The notes beneath the pieces were generated by a model, which was not told where the DNA came from, made no database searches, and saw nothing but the letters and a program-made list of their open reading frames with translations. The translations under genes were made by a program, and so were the position numbers. Source: an uncultured Desulfospira sp. (GTDB lineage Bacteria; Desulfobacterota; Desulfobacteria; Desulfobacterales; Desulfobacteraceae). Taken from it: a stretch of DNA of 64,000 nucleotides. Below are positions 9,580 through 20,013 of the stretch, in pieces. The number at the start of each line of letters is the position of its first letter. Position 1 is the first letter of the stretch. The stretch is taken from positions 4,128,001-4,192,000 of the forward strand of contig OY760175.1 of NCBI GenBank assembly GCA_963663165.1, read 5' to 3'.

Positions 9580-10713
9580 CTATTGAGTTCCCGGCCCAAG
9601 GCGAAGGCCGGTGTTTTTTCCTTTATTATGGATTCCTTTTCTGATTTGTGTGTGTTTCCCTTCTTTAAACCCCTGGTTATAAGCGGCGCTTGAATGGCGG
9701 TAAGAGGTCCTGCGCCGGGAGATGCGGGGAAACACCCGGTTCATTTCGGCCTGGATCTTTCTGGTCATGGATAAAGACAGGGATTGAGATACTTCCATAA
9801 TCGCCCTGGTCTCCCCGGGATCAACCCGCACAGGGGCTTCACAGGAGGGGGTTAATGTTTTTTTGATGCCTTGTGTAAAGCCGACATAAAAGGAGACCTC
9901 ATCTTTTCTGGTATACCCCCAAAGGGACCGGTTTTCCTGCCACAGCCGGGTGCCGGTTTCCAACAGGTAATGGTAGACATATTCAGCTATTTTTAAGTTT
10001 TCCGGCAGGCCGAACAGCACCATTGCCTGGTAAGACTGCTGATCCCTGGCATCATATTGTTTGGAAAGAACGGGATGGACGTAGTAAAACTGGCTGAGAA
10101 TATGAAGGATCCCTTTTTGCAGCCGGGTAACCTGTTTTTTCTTATGGGTAATGACCCGGTATCCGGCGCGGCTTTGTTCAAACCGGGCTTCATCCATAAA
10201 CAGGTCCAGGTTGTGTTTGTGAATCAGTTCATTGGCTTTCCTGGAGGCCGCCCTTGCCTCGTTTTCGTTATCAGACTGTGCCAAAGAGAGCAATTTTTGA
10301 ACCGTTTGGATCATTTTATCGGCCTGGAATGAAACCCCCTTTTCTGGCTCAAGCATGTCCCGGGGTATTTTTCCTGAGGAGCGGATAAAATCCGGGTGGA
10401 CCCCGAGGATCTGACAGGCCTTTTTAAACCGGGGGCCGTGGCCGCCGTCTTCATTCATAACCTGAGAAACATACTGGTGGGCCATTTCATGCTTTAACAC
10501 CTCAACCACCACATGCCAGGGATAGGTTTTAATTAAATGCCTTGATATGGAAAGGGTCTTTGAAGCCGGCGCCCACTGGCCGAAACAGGTTTTTGAATCC
10601 GATATCCGGAAAAGGGGCGGCGCCATGCCAACATGGTGATTCCAGCAGATTTCCTTAAATTCCTCCAAAAGCCTGCCGGCCCATGCCGTTTCCCGGGAAA
10701 AAACCGCTGTCAT
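9580..10713 (-). CDS. SprT-like zinc metalloprotease with DUF2786 domain
   Basis: HEMAH and HGxxF; KLLSLAQSDNENEA. Confidence 0.8.
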   Translation of the reverse strand: MTAVFSRETAWAGRLLEEFKEICWNHHVGMAPPLFRISDSKTCFGQWAPASKTLSISRHLIKTYPWHVVVEVLKHEMAHQYVSQVMNEDGGHGPRFKKACQILGVHPDFIRSSGKIPRDMLEPEKGVSFQADKMIQTVQKLLSLAQSDNENEARAASRKANELIHKHNLDLFMDEARFEQSRAGYRVITHKKKQVTRLQKGILHILSQFYYVHPVLSKQYDARDQQSYQAMVLFGLPENLKIAEYVYHYLLETGTRLWQENRSLWGYTRKDEVSFYVGFTQGIKKTLTPSCEAPVRVDPGETRAIMEVSQSLSLSMTRKIQAEMNRVFPRISRRRTSYRHSSAAYNQGFKEGKHTQIRKGIHNKGKNTGLRLGPGTQ

Positions 10714-11025
10714 AAATTATACCCCCCTTGACCCTTAGGATGATGGTGTTCAGTGCCCGTTTTATCGCTATACCTGTCAGGGGTCAATACATCGGGGCAT
10801 AACCTGAAGATTCGCAGCATCGGGTCTCCTGCGGTTAAATTATTAAATTTATACATAAAAACATATGGTTAAATATTGGATCGGTTAGATGAATGGGGCC
10901 CGGCGAGCCAAAATTTCAAAACTTGACCAGACGCCGCCATTTCTGTATATACAGTGTTTTTTTAGGCTCTTGCATGAAATGGGAAAAGGTCTTGTTTTCA
11001 TCCCGAACCTAAACAGACAGGAGGG

Positions 11026-11937
11026 GTGATGGGTTTTCAAGTGTTTTCCATTTTTTTTAATGTGGTCTGTCCGGTATTTTCCCTGGTGCTTATCGGTTAT
11101 TTGTTAGGGCCCCGACTGGGCATCCAGTACCAGTCCTTGTCCCGGACCGCATATTATATTCTGGTTCCTGCGTTTATCTTTAATTTACTGGGCCACATCC
11201 ATATTGACCCGACCACCATTGGCCGGATGGTCATCTGTATTGGATCGGTTTATATTATTACCGGACTGATCGGCTATTTTCTTGCAAAACTGATTGGATA
11301 CGACCGGAAAATGGCCGTGGCGTTTCTGATGAGCTGCATATTTGGGAATGTGGGCAATTACGGGCTTGCCCTGACCGGCTTCCGGCTTGGGGATGCGGCC
11401 ATGGAAAGTGCCACGGTTTATATGATAGCCGTGAACACCATATCTTTTTCTTTGTGTGTTCTTGCGGCCAGCTGGCTGAGCAAGGGGGAGGCCGGGGCCT
11501 TGAAAAGCCTTGTAAAGACACCGGGCATTGCCGTGGTGCCCATCGCCCTGATGTTCCCTTTTACCGGGACCCAGCCGCCGGTTATGGTTGAGCGCATCAC
11601 ATCCCTTCTTGGGGATGCCATGATCCCGGTCATGCTGCTGGTCCTGGGGCTCCAGCTCAGGGAATCCGGAAAGCTGTCTTTTGGAAAGCCGGTCCTGGCC
11701 GCCTGCGGCATCCGCCTGGTTGCGGGGCCGGCCCTGGCCTTTGCCCTTTTCCCCATCATGGGCCTTACCGGCCTTCATGCCTCCGCCGGTATCCTCCAGG
11801 CATCCATGCCGACGGCCGTCCTTACCGCCATCATTGCCGTGGAGCATGATGTGCTGCCTTCCTTTGTGACATCGGTTGTCTTTGCCAGTACTCTGCTGAG
11901 CCTGGTCAGTCTGACGGTTGTTATGCTTTTGTTGTAG
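11026..11937 (+). CDS. AEC family permease
   Basis: Multi-TM; GNVGNYGL and MPTA motifs. Confidence 0.85.
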   Translation: MMGFQVFSIFFNVVCPVFSLVLIGYLLGPRLGIQYQSLSRTAYYILVPAFIFNLLGHIHIDPTTIGRMVICIGSVYIITGLIGYFLAKLIGYDRKMAVAFLMSCIFGNVGNYGLALTGFRLGDAAMESATVYMIAVNTISFSLCVLAASWLSKGEAGALKSLVKTPGIAVVPIALMFPFTGTQPPVMVERITSLLGDAMIPVMLLVLGLQLRESGKLSFGKPVLAACGIRLVAGPALAFALFPIMGLTGLHASAGILQASMPTAVLTAIIAVEHDVLPSFVTSVVFASTLLSLVSLTVVMLLL

Positions 11938-11942
11938 GCCGT

Positions 11943-12869
11943 TTACCCCTGTCCGAGAAAAATGGCCTGGTCCCATACCCTTTGGGCCATACGGATGGTG
12001 GCCAGGTCCACCATGCGGCCGTCCACGGCGACGGCGCCCCTGGATTGGGCTTGTACGGCATCCAGAATCTGCCTGGCCCGCTGAATCTCATCTTTTGAAG
12101 GGGTAAACATCTGGTTGACCGTGTTGATCTGGTCAGGGTGAATCACCCATTTGCCGTCACACCCGATGGCCCTGGCCAGGCCGGCTGACTTTTTCAGGCC
12201 CCGGGGGTCTTTAAAATTGCCATAGGGGGCATCCAGGGCCAAAAGCCCCCGGGCCTTGGCGGCCATGACCATGCGGCTGATGGGAAAATGCCACCGGTGG
12301 CCCGGGTAGACCTGTTCCTCATTTTCCCCGTGGCCGGACAAGGAGATGAGCCCGGCACCGATACTGGCCTGGTAATCGGCAATGCCAAATGCCAGGGAAG
12401 ACAGCCTTGAACAGGCGCCGGCAATTTCCCGGACCCGCTCAAGCCCCCGGGCCGTCTCGATACAGGCCTGGATTTGAATTTTTCTTTGTTGCCCCAATGC
12501 CATTTCAATCCCGTCCAGGAGCCGGCTCACAAAATGGATATCTCCCTCATGGTTTACCTTGGGCACCACAATGGTATCCAGCCGGTTGCAAGCCCCCTGG
12601 ACCACCTGGATTAAATCCTGATAGGCAAAGGGCGTCTCCACGCTGTTGATGCGAAGATGTACGGTTTTGCCGTTAAAGTCCAGCGAGGCAATCGACGCCG
12701 TAACGATGTTGCGGGCCGCCCCTTTCTGGTCAACGGGCACACTGTCCTCCAAGTCCAGCATAACCGCGTCGGCATTGGAGGCCGCTGCCTTGGCATGCAT
12801 CTGTTCCCTGTGTCCGGGAACGGAAAGTGTGGTCCGGCAAGGCCGGTTCATAATTTTGTTATCTTCCAT
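11943..12869 (-). CDS. CitE/HpcH-family CoA ester lyase
   Basis: DLEDSV, PKV, IETARG, GKWVIHPDQI. Confidence 0.9.
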   Translation of the reverse strand: MEDNKIMNRPCRTTLSVPGHREQMHAKAAASNADAVMLDLEDSVPVDQKGAARNIVTASIASLDFNGKTVHLRINSVETPFAYQDLIQVVQGACNRLDTIVVPKVNHEGDIHFVSRLLDGIEMALGQQRKIQIQACIETARGLERVREIAGACSRLSSLAFGIADYQASIGAGLISLSGHGENEEQVYPGHRWHFPISRMVMAAKARGLLALDAPYGNFKDPRGLKKSAGLARAIGCDGKWVIHPDQINTVNQMFTPSKDEIQRARQILDAVQAQSRGAVAVDGRMVDLATIRMAQRVWDQAIFLGQG

Positions 12870-12878
12870 CGGGGCACC

Positions 12879-13349
12879 TTATCGCGTATCTGAAGAATCA
12901 AAAAGAATTGCCGGCATCTGCTCCACAAAGGCACGGATTTCATCCCTGACTTTCCGGTAACAGTCCAGCTGGGCCTGCCGGTCTCCGCCTTTTCCGGCGA
13001 CTTCTTTGGCCATCTGGGGCGGGTCATCAAAACCGGCATGGATTTTTCGGCACGTTGCCGGAAAATAGGGGCAGGACTCCTTTGCATGATTACAGACCGT
13101 GACCACCACATCCAGAGGGGACTTTCTAAATTCATCCACGTGTTTGGACCTATGGCGGGCCATGTCAATGCCGGCTTCGGCCATGACCGCAACCGCATCC
13201 GGGTTCAGCCCGTGAATTTCAACCCCGGCTGAAAACGCCTCTATTTTGTCCGGTTTCAAGGCGTTGCCCCAGGCTTCGGCCATCTGGCTGCGGCAGGAAT
13301 TTCCCGTGCATAAAAATAAAATTTTAATTTTACCATTTTTAGAGGTCAT
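12879..13349 (-). CDS. arsC: Arsenate reductase (LMWPTP family)
   Basis: CTGNSCRSQMAE and FDDP; start moved to MTSK. Confidence 0.9.
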   Translation of the reverse strand: MTSKNGKIKILFLCTGNSCRSQMAEAWGNALKPDKIEAFSAGVEIHGLNPDAVAVMAEAGIDMARHRSKHVDEFRKSPLDVVVTVCNHAKESCPYFPATCRKIHAGFDDPPQMAKEVAGKGGDRQAQLDCYRKVRDEIRAFVEQMPAILFDSSDTR

Positions 13350-13522
13350 TTTACCCCCTTGAAGTCTAATTCTGGTTGGAAAACGCTCATGGGTTGACAT
13401 ATCCACAATCCGGTTCCCAATGTCAATCTCAAATTCGACCACGCCCGGCTTGACTTCACGCCGGGGTTTGCATAAAACGGACAGGATCATCAATAAAAAT
13501 TTTTTTTGAAGGGAGGGGAAAA

Positions 13523-14494
13523 ATGAAAAAATGGCTGCTTTTTGCCGTGATGCTGCTAATTGCCGCTGCCCCGGCAGCCCCGGCGAAAACCATTAAACTC
13601 GGGGTGGTCACCAAACCGGGGTCTGCCCAAAACATTGTTGCCGATAAATTTAAAGAACTTTTAGAGGAACGCTCCAGCCAGGCGTTTACCGTTAAAATTT
13701 TTCACTCCGCCGCCTTAGGCAATGAAACGGAAATCCTCCAGCAGCTCCAAATGGGGACCATTGAGCTTGGCATCATCACCGGCGGCCCGTTTGATACATT
13801 TGACCCCATTGTCCGGGTCATCAACTATCCCTTCCTGTTCAAAGATTATGCCCAGGCCGATGAAATTCTGGACGGCCCCCTGGGGCAGGAAATATTGAAA
13901 AGTCTGGAAACCTCCGGCTTTAAAGGGCTCTGTTTTTCTGAAAACGGGTTCCGGAACCTGACCAACAACAAGCGGCCCGTAACCGGCCCCGACGATGTCA
14001 AAGGGTTGAAAATCCGGGTTATGTCTTCGGCCCTGCACAAGTCCATCTGGCAGGCGTTGGGGGCCAATCCAACGCCCATGCCCTGGCCCATTTACACGGA
14101 ACTGGAACAAGGGGTCATTGACGGCCAGGAAAACCCCCTCTGGGTTATGGAAGTGTATAAATTTTATGAAATTCAAAAGTACATTACCCTGACCCGCCAT
14201 GTCTATTCCCCCCATATTGATGTGGCCTGCCTGTCCTGGTTCAACAGCCTTTCTTCCAAAGAAAAGGAATGGATAACCAGGGCCATGAAAGAGGCGGCCG
14301 CATTCCAGCGCAAGGCCAACCGGGAAAAGAATGCCGGCCGTCTGGCCCTGCTCAGGGAAAAGGGGATGGCCATAGTGGAAACGCCGGATATTCAGGCCTT
14401 CAGAAGCCGGGTGGCCGGCTTGAAAGATATGGAATTGTACCGGGAAGCCAGGGTGAAGGATCTGCTGGAAAGAATACTCCAAACCACTAAATAA
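13523..14494 (+). CDS. dctP: TRAP substrate-binding protein
   Basis: Signal peptide; ENGFR, GLKIRV, DGQENP. Confidence 0.9.
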   Translation: MKKWLLFAVMLLIAAAPAAPAKTIKLGVVTKPGSAQNIVADKFKELLEERSSQAFTVKIFHSAALGNETEILQQLQMGTIELGIITGGPFDTFDPIVRVINYPFLFKDYAQADEILDGPLGQEILKSLETSGFKGLCFSENGFRNLTNNKRPVTGPDDVKGLKIRVMSSALHKSIWQALGANPTPMPWPIYTELEQGVIDGQENPLWVMEVYKFYEIQKYITLTRHVYSPHIDVACLSWFNSLSSKEKEWITRAMKEAAAFQRKANREKNAGRLALLREKGMAIVETPDIQAFRSRVAGLKDMELYREARVKDLLERILQTTK

Positions 14495-14498
14495 TCAG

Positions 14499-14996
14499 TT
14501 GATGGAATTTTTAAAAAAACTCAGCCGCCGAACAAACCAGGCTGTTGAAATCCTGGTCAGCGCCATGGGGATGGCCATGGCCACCATCGTGGGGGCCCAG
14601 GTGTTTTCCCGGTATGTCCTGAACCATTCGCTTTTCTGGTCTGAAGAACTGGCCCGGGTCCTTCTGATCGGGCTGACCTTTTTCGGTGCCACCGTGGCCT
14701 ATTACCGGAAGGCCCACCCCGGGGTGGACGGGGTTTACCGGCGGCTGCCGCCCCTTGGCCGGAAATGGGCAGACATTCTGGTCACGGTTTCAGGCATTGG
14801 CCTTTTCTGGATCATGATCACCAGGGGCATTGCGTTTTCCTGGTTTGTCCGGCTTCAGATCACCCCGGCGCTTGGGCTTCCCAAATGGGTGGTCATGACC
14901 ATTGTCCCGGTCTCAGGCCTGGTGTTCATGATCCACGGCCTTTCCTTTCTATTCCAGGATATCATCGGCCCCAAAACAAACGGAAACCGGCCATGA
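14499..14996 (+). CDS. dctQ: TRAP small permease
   Basis: Four TM; WSEELAR. Confidence 0.85.
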   Translation: MMEFLKKLSRRTNQAVEILVSAMGMAMATIVGAQVFSRYVLNHSLFWSEELARVLLIGLTFFGATVAYYRKAHPGVDGVYRRLPPLGRKWADILVTVSGIGLFWIMITRGIAFSWFVRLQITPALGLPKWVVMTIVPVSGLVFMIHGLSFLFQDIIGPKTNGNRP

Positions 14997-16273
14997 CCAC
15001 GGAGCTGCTGATCCTGTCCCTTTTTTTTCTCTTCGTCATTAATACGCCCATCGCCATTGCCATCGGCAGTGCCTCGGCCCTGGCCATCGCCATCCAGGGG
15101 GACTTTTCCCTGATGATGATCGTCCAGCGCATGGTTTCAGGCACAGACTCCTTTCATCTCATGGCGGTCCCCCTGTTCATGTACGCCGGGGTGATCATGG
15201 AAAAGGGCGGGATTTCTAAAAGGCTCATTGATTTTGCCAATGCCCTGACCGGATGGCTGCCCGGCGGGCTCGCCGCGGTCTCCATTGTATCGGCGATGTT
15301 TTTTGCCGGGATTTCCGGGTCTGCCGCCGCTGACGCCGCCGCCGTGGGCGCAATTTTGATTCCGGCCATGAAAAAATCCGGATACCCGTCGGATTTTGCC
15401 GCCGCAGTTCAGGCATCGGGCGGTTCCCTTGGGGTGGTGATTCCTCCGTCCATTCCCATGATCATCTTCGGGTTTCTGACCGGGGCGTCCATCAGCCGGC
15501 TCTTTGCCGCCGGGATCCTGCCCGGGCTGCTCATCGGCACCTCCCTGATCGGGGTCTCCACCTTTATGGCCTGGAAAAACAAATATTCCCCGGATACCGC
15601 TTTTTCCTTAGCCCGTATCGGGCGGACCTTTCAAAGGGCTATTCCGGCGTTAGGCGCCCCCATTATTATTCTCGGGGGGATATTGTTCGGCGTGTTTACG
15701 GCCACGGAATCCGCTGCTGTGGCCGTGTTTTACGCCTTGTTTGTTTCCATGGCCGTATACCGGAAAATAACCGTCAAAGACATTTTTCCCATTTTCAAAC
15801 AGGCCTCGATAACCGCATCTGTAGTCATGTTCATCATTGCCACGGCCTCGGTTTTTTCCTGGGTCGCGGCCATTGAAGAAATCCCTGAGAGCCTGGCCGG
15901 CGGTCTTTTAGGAATATCAAACCAGCCCGAAGTTCTCCTTGTTTTGATCAATCTGGTGTTGCTGGCGGCCGGAATTTTCGTTGAAACCACGGCGGCCCTG
16001 ATCCTGCTGGTTCCCATGATCACGGCCATGCTGCCCTCTTTGGGGATTGACCTGATTCAGCTGGGCGTAATCGTGGTTACCAACCTGGCCATTGGCATGC
16101 TCACCCCGCCCATGGGAATCTGCCTGATTGTTTCCAGTTCCATTTCAAAGGATTCCATCGGGCGGGTCGGGGTCCGGGTTTTGCCCTTTCTTGGTGTGCT
16201 TCTGATGGATCTTTTGATCATCACCTTTTACCCGCCCATGACCATGTGGCTTGCCGGATTGATCGGCAATTGA
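14993..16273 (+). CDS. dctM: TRAP large permease
   Basis: IPPSIPMI and TPPMG; start at MTTELL. Confidence 0.9.
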   Translation: MTTELLILSLFFLFVINTPIAIAIGSASALAIAIQGDFSLMMIVQRMVSGTDSFHLMAVPLFMYAGVIMEKGGISKRLIDFANALTGWLPGGLAAVSIVSAMFFAGISGSAAADAAAVGAILIPAMKKSGYPSDFAAAVQASGGSLGVVIPPSIPMIIFGFLTGASISRLFAAGILPGLLIGTSLIGVSTFMAWKNKYSPDTAFSLARIGRTFQRAIPALGAPIIILGGILFGVFTATESAAVAVFYALFVSMAVYRKITVKDIFPIFKQASITASVVMFIIATASVFSWVAAIEEIPESLAGGLLGISNQPEVLLVLINLVLLAAGIFVETTAALILLVPMITAMLPSLGIDLIQLGVIVVTNLAIGMLTPPMGICLIVSSSISKDSIGRVGVRVLPFLGVLLMDLLIITFYPPMTMWLAGLIGN

Positions 16274-16444
16274 CCTTTTGTCCGGTCAGGGGCATCGCAA
16301 TACGGGTAAAAAACGGAGACCGGAACAAGGGAGACCGGAGACCGGATGCCGCGCATTTTTAAGGGGGGGGCATTCCGGGCTCCTTAAGCTTTATTTATGA
16401 TAAATTACGGGTCATCAGAATGAATGACCCAACAGGAGACATCT

Positions 16445-16645
16445 ATGCCATACGTGAATATCAAGATAACCGATGAAAAGGTAACCAAAGAGCAGAAACT
16501 TAAACTGATCCAGGGCGCGACCCGGTTGCTGGTGGATGTGCTGGGAAAGAACCCGGCCACAACCGTGGTGGTGATTGATGAAGTCAACACCGACAACTGG
16601 GGGATTGGTGGGGAGTGTGTTACCGAACTGCGGAAAAAAAGATGA
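16445..16645 (+). CDS. 4-oxalocrotonate tautomerase family
   Basis: MPYVNI (catalytic Pro1), NWGIGG. Confidence 0.85.
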   Translation: MPYVNIKITDEKVTKEQKLKLIQGATRLLVDVLGKNPATTVVVIDEVNTDNWGIGGECVTELRKKR

Positions 16646-17352
16646 GACTGGCCCTGATCCAATGCGTTACGCTGCCGCCCCGTCTCACGGCCCCAAGCGG
16701 TGATATTCCCCAAATGTTTGACGATTTTTTCAATACCGCACCCCGAAAGGTTCACCTGGATATTTATGATGCCCGGAAAGGGGATTTGCCAGACCCGGAT
16801 GCACCGGTGGACGGATTTATTTTCCCGGGCTCCACAGCCTCTGTTTACGACGGCAGCCCCTGGATTGGGGCCACCCTGGCGTTCATCCGTACCCTGTTTC
16901 GTAAAAAAAAGAAAATTCTGGGGGTCTGTTTCGGCCACCAGCTTATTGCCCAGGCCCTGGGCGGTTCAGTGGCCAAGTCTCCCAAAGGATGGGGGATTGG
17001 TGTTCAGGCCGTTTCAATCCACCGGGCGGCGGCCTGGATGGACCCGTTGGTCAATACCGCCCATTTGATGGTCAGTTATCAGGACCAGGTCCAAAAACTT
17101 CCCCCGGGGGCAACCCTCCTGGCAGGCAATGCCCATTGTGATGTTTTCATGTTTTCCATACAGGATCAGGTCTGGGGCATACAGGGCCACCCGGAATTTA
17201 CCAGGCCCTTTGCCCGCGCCCTCTATCAATCGCGGGAAAAGAGCCTTGGCAAAGCGGCGGTTGCCCATGCAGTGGAAAGTCTTGATCAGATTGTTGACCA
17301 GGCCTTATGGGCAAGGTGGATCTGCCAGTTTTTTGATCCGGCACCGGCTTGA
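16642..17352 (+). CDS. Type 1 glutamine amidotransferase
   Basis: GVCFGHQ and QGHPEF. Confidence 0.9.
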   Translation: MRLALIQCVTLPPRLTAPSGDIPQMFDDFFNTAPRKVHLDIYDARKGDLPDPDAPVDGFIFPGSTASVYDGSPWIGATLAFIRTLFRKKKKILGVCFGHQLIAQALGGSVAKSPKGWGIGVQAVSIHRAAAWMDPLVNTAHLMVSYQDQVQKLPPGATLLAGNAHCDVFMFSIQDQVWGIQGHPEFTRPFARALYQSREKSLGKAAVAHAVESLDQIVDQALWARWICQFFDPAPA

Positions 17353-17380
17353 TAGTTTAATCCCCAAAGGCCGGGGAGCA

Positions 17381-17686
17381 TTATAGTGACAGGACTGAAT
17401 TTTCCTCACCCGGAAAAGGTGACGGCAAATGGGCATCCGCTGTATCGTCGTTGACCCACCGGCCATTATCAACCAGATACCGAAACTGATAGGATTTGTC
17501 TTTTTTCAGATCCTTCACCAGTGAGAAATCCCCGTTTTTTAATTTTTTCATGGGCTCGGCTTTTTCGTCCCAGTTATTGAATTCGCCGACAATATAAACC
17601 TTATCGGCTGTTCCGATCTGCTTTTTTTCCAGCTTGAAGCTGACCCGGCAGACATCTTTGGTTTTAAAATACTGCTTCTTTATCAT
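17381..17686 (-). CDS. Isoamylase early-set (CBM48-like) domain protein
   Basis: VGEFNNW, YQFRYLVD, NSV. Confidence 0.85.
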   Translation of the reverse strand: MIKKQYFKTKDVCRVSFKLEKKQIGTADKVYIVGEFNNWDEKAEPMKKLKNGDFSLVKDLKKDKSYQFRYLVDNGRWVNDDTADAHLPSPFPGEENSVLSL

Positions 17687-17944
17687 GATAGCCTCCCTCG
17701 TGAATCTTTTTCTTGAACTCGTTTCGTAGATTTTTAACAGGGTCCGGATATGCCCTGCCAGAATTCCTCCTGTGTTCCTCAGGTGTTTGCAGGCCCGGCC
17801 CCGACAGGATATGGAATGGGACAGGCCAGCCTTATGGTTTAACCCTGTTGGAACTTACTTTATTGCAAAGACAGGTGAAATGTCAATATTTTCTGTGATT
17901 CTAACAATCCTAACCGTTTTTTATTAAAGGATTTTTGGGGACGG

Positions 17945-18967
17945 TCAGGCCCTGAAATCAAGCCCCATCTCAATTCGTTCCAGGACTTTGGGTTTGTCTT
18001 CGGGGAACTGGTATCCTTCGTAATCGTGGCTAAAGACCAGGCTGCCGTCCGGGGTCCGCCAGTGGTTTCCGGCATGGTCAAAGCAGACCCGGGAGGTGAC
18101 ATCAAGGGCGGTGACCATTTCTTTGATTTCTAAAAGCTGCTCCCGGTTGGAAAGAAGTTTAAGCTGCCCTTTTTTGACGGTTTCCTGAACCGGGGTGCCG
18201 GCAATGACCCGGAAAGGCCGGGACCTGATGTAATGGGGGTTGATCTGGTTTAACACCGCTGCCGTGTTCCGGGCATGGCCGTGGGTTTTCTCTTTTCCCC
18301 CAAGGCCCGGCATCCAGTATTCCGAGATCTGGAATCCCGCCGCCATAGCCTTTTGGCCTCCCTCAATGAGCCCCCGGGGGGTTACCCCCTTTTTGACTTG
18401 CTTGAGCAGGTCCGGGTCTCCGGTTTCAAGCCCTAAATGGAGCCGGTCAAGGCCGGCCTTCCGGATCTGGATCAGGTGGTCAAGACTGCGTTGAACCAGG
18501 GTCCTGGACCGGGCATAGGAGGTGATCCGCGTAATGGAGCCAAAGGTGGTTTTTAAATATGACAAGGCCCCGGCCAGGTCATCGGGCTTCATGATCAAAG
18601 AGTTGGCATCCTGGATAAAGGCCGTGGTTCCGCCGGCCATAAGCCAGTGAACCAGCATGGCAAATCCATGGTGGTATTCCAGTTCCGGCGCCTGTCTCAT
18701 GAGGCTGATGATCCCCTCCCGGCAAAGGGTGCCGGGGCTGCCCGCCGTTTCTGATGCGGCAAAAAGGTCTTTGGCAAGCCGTGCCATGGCATCAATATCG
18801 GCCTGGATTTCGCCCAGTGTCCGGACCTCAAATTTAACGGTTTTGTACATGGCGCAGAAGGTGCAGTGGTTCCAGGGGCAGTTCCGGGTAAACCGGACCA
18901 GAAGAGAATCGCTTCCCCCTTCGCTGGGGGGCCGGTATATGCCGGTTTCAAACGGGTATGGATTCAT
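17945..18967 (-). CDS. Radical SAM protein
   Basis: RPPSE and CPWNHCTFC. Confidence 0.85.
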   Translation of the reverse strand: MNPYPFETGIYRPPSEGGSDSLLVRFTRNCPWNHCTFCAMYKTVKFEVRTLGEIQADIDAMARLAKDLFAASETAGSPGTLCREGIISLMRQAPELEYHHGFAMLVHWLMAGGTTAFIQDANSLIMKPDDLAGALSYLKTTFGSITRITSYARSRTLVQRSLDHLIQIRKAGLDRLHLGLETGDPDLLKQVKKGVTPRGLIEGGQKAMAAGFQISEYWMPGLGGKEKTHGHARNTAAVLNQINPHYIRSRPFRVIAGTPVQETVKKGQLKLLSNREQLLEIKEMVTALDVTSRVCFDHAGNHWRTPDGSLVFSHDYEGYQFPEDKPKVLERIEMGLDFRA

Positions 18968-20013
18968 GGTTTTTTTCCTAACTGGCCGCATCCGGCCGAT
19001 ACGGACCGGCCCTTGCTCCATCGTTTAATGACAAAAATTTTAAGGTCCGTAAGCTGTTGCGCAAAATCGTGCATGCCGGCGTCACAGGGCGGGGCCCCAT
19101 CAAATCCAGCCACCGGGTTAAAGGGGATCAGGTTGAGCCGGACCGGCAGCGGATGAATAAACTCGGCCAGCTGTTGGGCATGTTCCCGGGAGTCGTTCAC
19201 CCCCCGGATCAGGATGTATTCAAATAAAAAGGTTCCCCGCTCGGGCAAAGGGAATTTCAACAGGGATGATTTCAAAACACTTAAAGGGTATTTCAGATTT
19301 ACGGGCATCAGTTGGGACCGGACATCATCCGTGGCCCCGTTAATGGACACGGCAAGCCTTAAGTTTTTCATGTCCATCCGGGAAAGCTTTTCGATGCCCG
19401 GGACAAGGCCTGCGGTGGACACCGTGATATGGCGTCGGGCAATATCAAACCCGCGCTGTTCGCTCATGACGCCAATGGCGTCCATGACGGCATCAAAATT
19501 GTCCAGGGGCTCTCCCATGCCCATGAACACGATGTTTTTAATCTCTTTGTTTAACACATGCCGGGCATTATAAAGCTGTCCTGTGATTTCGGAAACCGAA
19601 AGATTGCGTTTAAGGCCCATCTTCCCGGTCTGGCAGAACCGGCACCCCATGCGGCAGCCCACCTGGCTGGACACGCAAAGGGTATGGTACCGGGTCATGG
19701 GAATGATAACCGACTCAATCTTAAGGCCGTCAGACAGTTCCGTGATAAATTTGGTGAGGCTGTCTTCCTTAAAGGTATCCGTCACCTTTCCCGGATCAAA
19801 ACAGATGTTTTCTTTAAGGGCCGCGCTGAATTTGGGTGAGGCCTTAAATTCCGGGGCATTCAAAAAATCGGGGTTCCCGTACCGGAAAACTTCCCTGAAC
19901 AGGGCATGGGCATGATACGCCCCTTTGCCGAATTCAGACTCAAAGTATTGAATCAGCCGGTCTAAGGGGGTGCCCAGGACATCTACGGGCGCTTTTCTTA
20001 ATGCATCATTCAT
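18964..20013 (-). CDS. rlmN: 23S rRNA A2503 C2-methyltransferase (RlmN family)
   Basis: CVSSQVGCRMGCRFC, MGMGEP, CGQL. Confidence 0.85.
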   Translation of the reverse strand: MNDALRKAPVDVLGTPLDRLIQYFESEFGKGAYHAHALFREVFRYGNPDFLNAPEFKASPKFSAALKENICFDPGKVTDTFKEDSLTKFITELSDGLKIESVIIPMTRYHTLCVSSQVGCRMGCRFCQTGKMGLKRNLSVSEITGQLYNARHVLNKEIKNIVFMGMGEPLDNFDAVMDAIGVMSEQRGFDIARRHITVSTAGLVPGIEKLSRMDMKNLRLAVSINGATDDVRSQLMPVNLKYPLSVLKSSLLKFPLPERGTFLFEYILIRGVNDSREHAQQLAEFIHPLPVRLNLIPFNPVAGFDGAPPCDAGMHDFAQQLTDLKIFVIKRWSKGRSVSAGCGQLGKKP